Assembly: GCA_951406725.2 (NCBI GenBank) | Contig: OX597823.1 | Location: 74,896,001-74,960,000, forward strand | Source of the DNA: Octopus vulgaris | Lineage: Eukaryota | Length of the DNA: 64,000 bases | Direction: 5' to 3' | In this document: piece after piece, positions 52,285 to 64,000 of the stretch | Position numbering within the stretch: position 1 is the first letter of the stretch | How the letters are laid out: each line of letters begins with the position of its first letter | Made by a program: the position numbers and the translations under genes | Notes under the pieces: model-generated | Seen by the model: only the letters and a program-made list of their open reading frames with translations | Told to the model about the DNA's origin: nothing | Database searches by the model: none

Positions 52285-54550
52285 ATGAGTACATAGGACA
52301 TATTGACCCGAAGATCATAAATTTGTCAAATAAAAATCTCATCAAGAATGAGATGAATCCAACCCCTAATCTCATTGAACTAAAAGCTGATATTGAGCAC
52401 TTTAACCGCTTCTCCTGACTTTTAGAATTCTTCGGCAATAAGGATATAAATGACGAATCAAGTGTCAGAATTGAATACCACTTCACCCCCTACAAGGGTA
52501 ATGACAAACATTTAGAAGCATATATAGACACAATATCGACATTTCCCCTAAGTACCCTTAAATGGAAACGAAACTTTCGATAAGCAGAGAATGAAGCCTT
52601 ACTAACACTGACGACTGACAATTGAATCATCCTTAAGGACTCCGATAAAGGAAGAGCGATAGCATTCATGGACAAAGACCACCATAAAGATAAAATATTG
52701 GGAATTCTAACAGACCAATCCTACTACAAAGAATACCGAAACACACGGAAAACGTTTATAAATTAATGAATACTAAGATTCGTCCACAGACAAAGGAGAA
52801 GTATTATTTATGCATCTCTGTATTCAAAAAAGGCATTATCTACGGATTACTCTAACTCCACAAAAGCTCCGAAATACAGAGATCCATGAATGGACAGAGG
52901 TACAATTACATAAAAATACTATCACCTATTGGCCTCAGATTGAGACCAATAGCTGCTGGACCTCGAGCACCAACACAACAACTGAGTCATATTTTGGATA
53001 TGCTCCTAAAATCAATATGCCCATTAATACCCAGTTATATACAAGACGGCATAGATTTCCCCACATTCCACCCATAGTCGTAGAAGGCCCTATACCCACA
53101 GGATTTAACGCCACCAATCTTTAAACCAATATAACTTAAACTTTGGGCCTGAAAGCTGTCAACCAAACATAGAGGCTGGATAAATGAACGCTTCAACACT
53201 GATTTTGAAGCCTTGTACTAGAAGTAGATACCTTTAGATTCGATAATGTAACATATCGACATTTAAAAGGCACAGCTATGGGGACGCGGTTTGCACCCTT
53301 ATATGCTAACCTAGTCACGGGATACTTAGAAGAAAAGCTTTATGACGAGGTAGAGAGAGAGAGAGAGATGTTAACGATGATTGCAAGACATACGTCTTTA
53401 AAAAGTGGAAACGCTTTCTCTATGACAGCTTTATGTTTTGAGACAAATCAAATGAGGACCTACAAATATTTAACAATATGCTCAACACGCTTCACCCATT
53501 CATCAATTTCACGAAAGAAACCAGTTGCAATCAATTAGCATTCCTGGATATTAACTTAAAAAATACACAACTCCACTGTCTTAACAGACATATTTTACAA
53601 AAATACAGCACGCACCAATATTTGAATTTCTACTCGAGCCATCCCACGCAGGTCAAAATGAGCATCCTATACAGCATGGCAAAACGTTTTTGTACTATAG
53701 TGTTTGACCCCAAAATATGTCAAATCCGATTCTATGGGCTCAACAGGTTCCTAATAAAATAGAAATACCTCTTAGTAATAAACAATAGCATTAAAAGGTG
53801 ATTAAGCTGAGCATCACACAACTAAGTACACCAAAGCAAAAAAAGAAGTTAATCAACACACGATTCCATTTATCAAAACGCACAATCATGGGGTAGCTAA
53901 CGTTTTTCACATCATAAAATCACAGCTACCAATACTTCTATAAAGCCCTAAAATGAAAATTCTGATTGATAAAAAAAACCTTACTAAACACTAGATGCCC
54001 GCCAAAAGATCTCAAAGTACCCTTCACAAAATCAAAATTCACATCAGAGAATGAATCATAATAATCCTCAAAAAAATGTTGAGATAGCAGTTGTGGAATA
54101 TGGAACAACAAGAACAATTTCAAGTATTTAGGAAGTGGTTTCCAAATAAAATTCTATATAGGATTCTCGATCAAGGTAAATGCTGATATAAAGTGTCAGC
54201 TGTAGAACCTAGTATACTGCATTACATTCCCCAGCTGCAAGGAGAATTACATTGGCAAAACAAACAATTCCTCTTACAAACGTGCAAGAATCAACAGAGA
54301 ACACATCCGACAAAGGGAATTGCGCAAGATGCAAATGAGCAAGCATCTAGAAATATACAATAAAGGAAAGTTCAAACTTTTATCAAGAGATATCCCAAAA
54401 TTCCCAAAACAATGGAGACACATATCATCAAAAAATTATGTCCAAAATGAATTGTTTGAAAGAGAAGCAGAGGAGCAACATTTTGTCAAAAAGATTCGAA
54501 AGAGAAACAGTGACAATATGCATGAACACCCACTCCAAATGAAATAAGAC
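52285..54550 (+). mobile_element. Decayed Penelope-like element ORF (reverse transcriptase plus GIY-YIG endonuclease)
   Basis: IILKDSDKG, LRPIAAGPRAPTQQLSHILDMLLK..IPSYIQD, KGTAMGTRFAPLYANL..YLEEKL, LNTLHPFINFT..LAFLDI, QYLNFYSSHP, NLVYCITFPSCKENYIGKT, MSKHL, EREAEEQHFV; many stops and frameshifts. Confidence 0.92.
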
Positions 54551-56689
54551 TATGAATATTATATGGTTTGCTCACACATTCGCTGTGCCCCGCTAATACG
54601 CAAGGGAGAAATAATGCTAACGAATGCTCCAAATAACACTATATTGCTGTCTAACAATATTTCCGTATCAGTGTATACTTAAGGGTTTGGGTTTCTGTCA
54701 AGAAAGCTTCTTCTTGGTCATTTTACCACTTTATTATTACATTTTTTAATAGTAATAATAATGAACGAAGAGAGAGAATTTATATTGCACTGTTACTGTT
54801 GTTTCTGTATGTAGATCCAATATTTGCGTGATACTCATCACTATAAACGATCATCACTGGTATTTTGACAACTGTTGTTCGTATAGTATTTACATATACC
54901 CGAGAAAGTATGCTAGAACATCTATACAATTGTTTAGGAAAGATGTCTAACGTACGAGTAGCTAGTTAAAAAAGCAATTCGTGAGAAAGATCTCTTTTGA
55001 ATTATCTTTTGAATTATCTTATTCAAGCAAGGAAGAAAAATAAAAATAAATCCTACAAAATGATGAAAGATACTCAAAAGTAAATTAAAGCAAACTCTGT
55101 TTTTGTATATAATTTATATTCTTTATATCCTACAGGGTGGCTTCCAGCTAAATATATTATTACACAACTCATTTCTGATGTTTGATTAAATAAATTGAAT
55201 TATACACCATAACGAACTCAAATTATTATTATTTTACTCTGATTTTATTTTCCTAATTCATGAATGTTGTACGAATATTTAATATTTGTTCATGCAAAAC
55301 ACGGAATATGGGATTTCACAATATAAATGTAAACGAATATACATTTTCATAGGACTTTAAATTCTTTTTATTGTCAGTCATGACCGCAGCTTCCTCTCTT
55401 TGCTTGACGTTCACATCATACTTCTTAAAATGGACATCTAGAAAATATATTTATGTATAAATATGTTGGTAGGAATACAATGAGAAGAAAAAGAGGGGGA
55501 AGAGAAAAAAGAAAAAATACATTGTATTGAAATTTCAGTGCATTGACCACATCATATTTAAAAGAACTTTTTTCCCTCTACTTCTCCCTCACTCTATCTA
55601 TCTGTGTATTTATCAACCTATCCTTTATTTATCCTTTACTTTCCTTCTTCTTTCTTGATTGTTTTGAAATTTCTGTCTGTCTATTTCCCCCGCTCTGTTT
55701 TACTGTCTCTCTTACCCCCTTTTTCTCCAACGAAAACAATTTTTCTCTTCTTCTAAACAAAGCAAAAAAGATCCGATTCATATAAATGAAAAATTTAACT
55801 TTCTGAGTTTATCATTTTGATGTTGTCTTTACGACTACAATAAATGAACGGAAGGACTAATAAAGAATTATTCAAAATTTCGACTTCCTCCGGTTTCTCA
55901 AGAATCAATATCTGTAAACCACTTCAAAACTATTCAGCCCGATCTCCACTCTGGATATTCTACGTCACCTACTATTCCTAAATCTCTACTGTCTCTCATA
56001 ACCGTCAAGAAACAGTACAAAATGATGCCTAGAGAAGCGGGTATCATGCTAGACACAATAGAACAATGTTATGTTCCATAATTAATCCCCAACCACCATT
56101 TTTCCTACTTCCTCTTGAACTTCTCTCGCAAGACACCTGAAACAAGCATTCCACACTGATTGCTTGGAAGTTACTGCGATGCATTGAAACGGTAGTGTGA
56201 AATTCTCTTGGCCCTTTGGTTTTTCTATGTGTACTATTAAGGTGAAAGATTATTTGTATATATTCTCTGACGATGTGCATCTTGTAGCCTCAAAGTTGAT
56301 CCCTTGAAATAATGCAATGTCCTAGAATAATACTGCGCGGATTCACACTGTTTATTCACTATTCGGAATGAACTCCGCAGTCAACGAATCGCGATAAAAT
56401 TGGGATTGTATGATTAATTTTGGAGCGGCAGATGAGAGACCACATGCAGCTGTTGCCGTCACTGTATGAGCCAAAGCCGTTTTAATGCGAGAATGGGTCA
56501 GAGTGTCTCTTGCAACGTTTCAGAACCTGTACGAAACAACTCTTCCACGTCTATATTTAACCAACACATTTAATAAACATACTATTTAACGGGGTGCCTC
56601 TTTATTTTGTCTTACCACCGTATACATAAATACATACATCTATACATATACATAAATAGACACACACACTCACCGGTATGTATGTGTAT

Positions 56690-56725
<36 letters not shown>

Positions 56726-59459
56726 ATGCATGTATGTTTATTGATTTCGGCCATAGCATTTACTTCTGTAGTGTTTCTGGATTTCATCTTTGATCCACTA
56801 ATTGTATCAATATATTAAAAAAGTACTATAAGAAATGCTTTCACATACAAGCCAAATGATTTTCATTCCTACTGCAGGACATATAATTGCACGTGTCTAT
56901 AAATGTTCAAGTGTCCGCTGTGTTTTGCTTTGATTTACATTTACTCTATTCATAAGTTTTCAGCGGCTGGTAGATTTTTTTCTACCCATGTCAAAAGCAG
57001 TTTTATTTTATAGGGCACAAAAATGTTTCACCTTTTGTGTGGATTTGTTTATTGTATAGAATGCTTTCTGGCTTCTCTGATGACATGATTTTATGGGGAT
57101 AATGGATTTCTTACGGTTGAATACCGTTTCAAGTCTTTTAAGCATTCTTTTTAGTTTTCTCATAACCAAATATTGTGCTTGATCAGAGCTTCGCAGAAAT
57201 TGATATAAATTTGTTGGGTATAATTCTTTGATGTTTAAAAAGTGATGCTTTTATATGAGCTTTAACATTGTAATTGCGTAATTGCTTTTTAATTTATTAG
57301 AGTATCCAGAAATAATAATTCATGTTTGCTGTTGTTTAAACTTAGGATTTGTCCATAGCATATTTTCTTTTTAATTTTCTGGATAGAGTTTCATTGATAC
57401 TTCTGTTTCTCTTGCAAAGCTAATAATGATCATTTTCTGCGCAACTGTGCATGACTTCTGTTCCCCAGAACTCCATAATTAGCATGTCATTTCAGCGTGG
57501 CTAGTTAACGAAGAATGATAAAAAATGTCCGATTGAAATAGAAGTAGTTTTCATTAGAATAGGTTTGGCGGTATACATAATACAGTCGGGTGAAAACAAA
57601 TCTGGGGCGCAATTTTTTGCCTTTGTTTTCCTCCACGAATTTAGATGCACTAACAAAGCTGTAGCGGAGTATACAACACGAAGATTTACAATTCTAGAAG
57701 TTGAAAGGATCGGCATAATATATATATCGTTACGAATGTAATCCTACGTAAAAACATACCGATTGTAAAATGTCATATTTTGATAACTCTATGGGATATG
57801 GTCTTCGTTGTGTGCTGTTATGGATCTTTTACCTAGTATCTTTGGGATAATGTTTCACGTCAGGTTTTTTCACCAACTGAAAACGAAATGTTTCAAAATT
57901 TCCAGGTCGCATGTAGATCTTGCCATAACTTTGAAAATAGTTTGTCAATGTCATTTAAAGTAAAACCAAAATTTATGATTTAAGTTTCTTAGGTAAATAA
58001 AATAACCCAACAAACTTGACAACTTTCATACTTTTAATCTAACAAATTTTAAATGTCACAACGATCGAAGAAATGCTCTTTACAGAATTATATGTTAATA
58101 GACCACACATTTTCATTGTCCTCGACATCCTTCATGTCTCCTATTTGTGGAATTGACTACGTTAATATCCAGATTGGCTGTGCTTGATTTAGTTTGATTA
58201 TTAAAGCAAAACAGTTGAGACATGCTTTGTGGAATCTTTAATTGTTTCTTATGAAAATTTCTATTTCGTATACAATCTTACTGCTAAAATTGTGAGATTA
58301 CATGGGACAAGGTCACTTCTTGTAACACGATGAAAGCCTCTAGAAAGAACTTCATGGAATGTATGCTTTTCAAAGAACTTTGCTATCACGAACCTGCATT
58401 TGCTTACTTTATAACTTTTCACAATTCTGAGAATACATTTCCAGATGACAGATAATTTTAATATTTTGTACTTCAGAAATATAAATAGTTGTGAGGAAAG
58501 AAAATGCTAAAATAGCCCTGATGCCTTCTATAATATTTTTGGATGCTACACTTAACCTAAGCAAAGAAACAAAATCAGAAATTTTGTAAAGAAAGCTGAC
58601 CTTACATTTACATGAATTTGGATGATCCAGATAACGACTTGATACCCCGTATATTACGTAAAACGTATTTAAACACTGAGACTGGGTGTTTCAAATACTT
58701 AACCAGAATGTTTCCTGTATTTTTCTGATATTGCTGGTCGAGGAATTTTGGAGATCAAGTTGTGGCATTGAAAAGGAAGGGTTGAAGGCTTTTGCTCTAA
58801 TTGTGTCTGATTGTGCCGCGAAACCTGTGTTCTAGTACTGAGTTGCAACGTCAGTTTAAAAGTTAATTTCGTGCTTTGTCATCTGGACCACTACCTTGAG
58901 AATCATAGCGTAATGGGTGACGGACCAAGAGAAGACCACGGAGATTAGTTATCGAGGAAGATGGAATAGAAACATGATGGCTGAATACTGCTAGTGTCTG
59001 CAAAGAACCAACCAATTCACGCGAAGCTGTAAAGAGAAATCGCATTCCAATTCTAGTTGAATCTCCAGTTTGACAGAAATATTTATTCTCAGATGAGCTA
59101 TTAAACATTTTGTGTAACATATATGTTAAATAAATATATTGATCGTTGTTAGTTTCTTATTTAAGTATTGCTTTTAATGACAGCATGGGCATTTATTGGT
59201 AAAAAATTAATTCCCGGTTAACTAAAAGCAATGTCGTGAAAAATAAATTTTGAAGACGTTTCTGAACACAGCATCATCAAATTAGGTACGACTATTTGCA
59301 AAAATCAAAAGAACTAAAAGCGCTTTCAAAAATATTCCTGAGTGTAAGTTACAAGAAATCTCTTTGTCAATTTTGTGTAATTTATTTTCCCACTTAATCA
59401 CTAAACTTTCTCAAATGCATACACAACTACATACACAAAACTAACCATCTCGCTCTCTG

Positions 59460-59762
<303 letters not shown>

Positions 59763-61270
59763 ACCTGCAGATTTATTTGATAGACATAAATAGTTATGAT
59801 AGTTCATAGACGTAAAAATTACGATAAAAATATAAATGCAAACAAATATAATACTTAAGCATTTTTGTGAATTGTTTAAACAGTCCATGACTGGACTTCC
59901 AATGTCTTTGCAAACCACATCCTATAAATACTTCGCAATATAACTATTTCTGTACACTCGAAAAGATGTTGATGTTGTATGAAATGATATGAAGTGGGTA
60001 AAATTGATATAATATTTTTTTGCTTTTATTTCAATACCAATTAGAGATGTCAATGCCTTGTTCAACTTTCAAAAGACTTTATAATTAGATTATATAAAAA
60101 ATTTGTATTTCAAGAAAATTTCCGCCAAATCTAATTATGCAATCTTGTCTTTTTTCGTTATGTCATCCAACCAAGCAATTCTTCTAACTAACTCCTGCTG
60201 TGTATTTTACTTTCTTTTATGAGTTTTGTTTTGTTATTCGTAACTTTTGTGTCTTCTTTCAAAGTATAAAGATTATTTCTGAAATAATTACATTTGTTTA
60301 TTAGAAGTGTTGTGAAATATCATTGTACATATGTTTGAAGACAGACATTTATTTTAAAGACAAATTTAATTTTATAATGCTGTTAAAGTATGCATATTTG
60401 AACGTATAAAACGAAAACCAAAATAACTTAACACCGGAAATATCAATGAAAATGCAATCGTGCTTCTCGTGTTATTTCAAAATTCTAAATGCCATCCCAT
60501 TATTAATGAAATAATGAAAAAATGTTGTGAGGATTTTGCCAAAAGTTTAGTGAAAAACACAATACATACATGCAAAAAAGAAAAATTTATGTGTTTAAGG
60601 AGTCAGAAACTTATGAAAGAAAAAAATATTTGATGAATCAGTGATTTCTATGTTTCAATAATTTTTAAAGGTCGAGGGAAAGGAAATAAAATCTTGAGAT
60701 AAATATATATTTTTACTCATTATGTTAAAATCTGAATTTTTAGTTGAAATTTCTACAATTGATTAAAATTCCAACGGTTTAGAAACATAAACAGCTTGTT
60801 CGCTTAATCTCCGTTATATAATTGATATTTATTTGCAAATTCAGTTTTTGCTCTTGGTCACATAATTGATTGTTCAATTTTTGAGCAAATATGGTAATTT
60901 TACATCGTGCATTTTTATAGCTCGATCATCTTTGAAGATTCCCATTTCTGGGATGATTGCGATTGAATAGAACGAAATGAAAGATAGTCAAATAGAAATT
61001 GGAAATGCTCTCCCGTTGCCTGTTCCTTCTATCTACAAAATCCAATTGGGTGTGGCTTGCAGGCTACATAACGGTACATAAAATAATAAATTCATTCTAC
61101 TCAGTCTATCTATTAAACAGTCTTAGAAAAATGCTGCTAACCGATTAAATCAGCATATATATGGGTGTATGTCTGAGTTAATAACCGATTTTTGTGTGAA
61201 TTTATGTATATATACATACGTTCATACATACATAAATGTATATATACACATACATACACACACACATAGA

Positions 61271-61355
<85 letters not shown>

Positions 61356-61401
61356 GTGTGTGTGTGTGTGTGTGTATATGTTTGTTCGGCTAAAACCTTT
61401 C

Positions 61402-61461
61402 AAATCGTTACTCCAGCTTGGCCACAGTTAAATGACTGAAACAAGTAAAAGAATAAAAGAA
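61402..61461 (+). mobile_element. 3' tail fragment of SINE family 1
   Basis: CTCCAGCTTGGCCACAGTTAAATGACTGAAACAAGTAAAAGAATAAAAGA. Confidence 0.8.
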
Positions 61462-62327
61462 CAAATGAATATATGTTTGTGTGTGTGTGCATTTGTGTAT
61501 GTCTGTGTGTGTCTGGTTATTTTACCTGAGTTAGTCCTAATTTCGTCCCGTTAACCTATTGCTTTGGCCAAAGACAACTATACATTAAGTACCCGGATTT
61601 AAAACGTACATACCGGGTTAGATTCCTTCCACTACATGCTGTCAAGTCGGTTTCCCAGCAGAGGCAATATGGGACACAGGCAAAGAGAAAGAGTTAAAAC
61701 GACATAGATGAGAGACGGTGTGGTGTATTGATATGAATAACTCACTGCACGCCAAGCGAATCTTTTCATGCTTATATTTCTTTTCTCTAGAAATCTAACA
61801 ATTAAAATGCGCAGATCACGAACGGAAGCGCTAGTAAAATTATTACAGTGAAATCAGAACTTATGATAACATAAGTTTTCATACTTATGAAAATAAAATG
61901 AGAAATCCATTTTTAATTTACTTTGTAATTCATTCTGTGCAAGAATTCTTTTTTTATATACGTACGTTGTTTATATATTAGTCTTTATTTCAGGAATAAT
62001 TCTTCTCTAATAATAAATGAAGTAAATGTGTATGATAAGTATTGACTACACATTCATAATATTCTTAAGGTAATTGCTGACATGTGTAAAGCGGAATTGG
62101 GCCTCCTGAATTTAATGTGCAATTATGTTGTACTTCTATGGTTTTAGAATGCTAATCGATTTTTAATTACTGATAAATCCCTCATGCAATTCCCGGGTAA
62201 CAATGGTATACCTAATCGCGTTCCATTATAATGTACCGTAAAAGAGGGAATACAAAGGCGTGACAGAGAGAGAGAGAGAGAAAGAGATGAGAAATGGAAA
62301 GACAAGAAAATACTCCAACAAGAAACT

Positions 62328-62522
62328 ATGACATTACAACCAGCCAGGAACAGTCTTCGCTACATTTGCGGCACATGCCAGAGGGAGAGTTTGTCCAGGA
62401 TAGGACAACACAGCCACAGCAGGAAATGTATTAGGACAAGAAATGGAAAAGCCGGACTAGATTATTATATGCGGAACTCCATTTTCTCCCGAGACAAAAA
62501 TGATGCCAACAGCAACAACAAT
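62328..62522 (+). mobile_element. 3' end of an RTE-clade LINE
   Basis: YICGTCQRESLSRIGQHSHSRKC matches the RTE C-terminal C..C.R...SRIGL.SH.R.C motif; short UTR TCTCCCGAGAC..GATGCC then (AAC)n. Confidence 0.75.
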
Positions 62523-62778
62523 GTATGAATTATTGGTCATTTAATGATGCATATGATAATTTATTCAATTACTTATGTAATATTAACCCCAACAAGGCAA
62601 ACGAATTAGAGAAAATATACTCATCCAGCTCGATGCCCAAAACAGGCAATTATGAATAAAATATATCCTTCAACTTATCGTTAAAAATTCCTCATCATTT
62701 GTATTTAAGACAAAGTAATCAATATACATGAAACAAGCACACAATATATTAATTAAGAAAGGCATGGAAATATTACAC

Positions 62779-62867
<89 letters not shown>

Positions 62868-62949
62868 TAAATCCTTAAAAATGTTTTAGCCCAAAGGCCA
62901 CGGCCATACTGGGGCACCTCCGCTGAATGAGCTAATATGTGAATTCACC

Positions 62950-63325
62950 TACAGTCAATCTTCAGGTAATTGTAATATTTATCTTAGCGAGGTTTAGCTA
63001 AACCTCGCTAAGATAAATATTTCAATTACCTGAAGATTGACTGTAACCATAACTCGAATTATTACGGATTGGACAGCCATGAAACGATCGTAATGTTTTA
63101 CTCATTATCTTTTATTAAACTTTTAATACTTTTGATATATATTTAAAATAATATAAATTAATTAATTTTATGTATTGGCTTAAGTGTTTCATTGTTTGAT
63201 TTGCTTAATAGTGGTTTTATCTCTAATTTAATATAATATAATATTTTACTATAAAATTGGATTCAATCCTAAATCTGATTTTTCGCTGTAGGTTTGGATT
63301 TACTCCCTAATATTTTATTATTAAT
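62950..63325 (+). mobile_element. Penelope pLTR-like element: 96-bp palindrome, hammerhead motif and AT-rich 3' part ending in (TA)n
   Basis: Palindrome 62950-63045 (48-bp arms, 1 mismatch); ATTAC CTGAAGA TTGACTGT..ACAGCCAT GAAAC GATC GTAAT at 63025-63094; 3' part homologous to 28161-28320. Confidence 0.75.
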
Positions 63326-63442
<117 letters not shown>

Positions 63443-63601
63443 TCGCCATACTAATATGGCATTCTTATAAAAATAAGAAAAAAGCTGTCCGCTTATTAGC
63501 TCCATGAGGCCATCGCCTTAAGTTAGCTATTTGATACACAAACTGTATCCATATAACCTTCGAACAAGGGAGGTCAGTCGCTCCACACTACTTGACCGGC
63601 A

Positions 63602-63643
63602 GCTACAGACGCGTTTCGGAGTATTGCCCCTTTTCAATGCAGC
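63602..63643 (-). ncRNA. Minimal type I hammerhead ribozyme, U3-A8 core variant, apparently intact
   Basis: Minus strand: GCUGCA UUGAAAA GGGG-CAAUA-CUCC GAAAC GC GUC UGUAGC; 6-bp stem I, 4-bp stem II, palindromic ACGCGU stem III, GUC triplet; predicted cut between 63608 and 63607. Confidence 0.85.
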
Positions 63644-63692
63644 GTAGCCAGCCAGTAGGTGTCGCTTCCGACAATCTCTGTTCGATGGTTTT

Positions 63693-63738
63693 TATTTACC
63701 TAGTTTCGGTGGAATACATCCACTTGTTTTCAATAATA
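63693..63738 (-). ncRNA. Second, imperfect hammerhead-like motif in the same unit
   Basis: Minus strand: UAUUA UUGAAAA CAA-GUGGA-UGUAU-UCCAC-C GAAAC UAG GUA AAUA; stem I is off by one nucleotide. Confidence 0.45.
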
Positions 63739-64000
63739 GAAATATTAAAATAACTAAGTCTCTCTAAAAGAGAACAGCGGCAGCGTTCCCGGAAAATAAT
63801 AGTTATCGCCATACTAATATGGCATTCTTATAAAAATAAGAAAAAAGCTGTCCGCTTATTAGCTCCATGAGGCCATCGCCTTAAGTTAGCTATTTGATAC
63901 ACAAACTGTATCCATATAACCTTCGAACAGCTTTTTCTTATTAGTATGGCGATAACTATTATTTTCCGGGAACGCTGCCGCTGTTCTCTTTTAAAGAGAC

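Noticed and set aside
57501-57716. ORF with APDLFSPD resembling the mariner YSPDLAPSD motif
   Set aside because: Single weak motif with no supporting neighbours

Overview
AT-rich, microsatellite-dense eukaryotic DNA with no intact host protein-coding gene that I can recognise; most ORFs in the track are read-throughs of (TA)n, (TG)n or trinucleotide repeats. The SINE families look like those I recall from Octopus genomes, so the cephalopod origin is an inference. The window is a transposon graveyard: tRNA-derived SINEs of several families, non-autonomous Helitrons, R4/Dong-type retrotransposon pieces in (TAA)n arrays, CR1, RTE and mariner remnants, a decayed Penelope-like element (RT + GIY-YIG, about 52.3-54.55 kb) and one 100-N gap. 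The main hidden signal is a set of short non-coding elements, nearly all bounded by (TA)n. They carry minimal type I hammerhead ribozyme motifs with palindromic stem III, and several form perfect fold-backs or tandem-plus-inverted copies. Two motifs look close to intact (63602-63643 on minus, inside a 363-bp repeat unit; 19594-19684 on plus, inside a ~100-bp inverted repeat) and about seven more are decayed. This fits Penelope pseudo-LTR or retrozyme-like families that favour TA microsatellites. All motifs were found by eye; no activity or database match has been tested.
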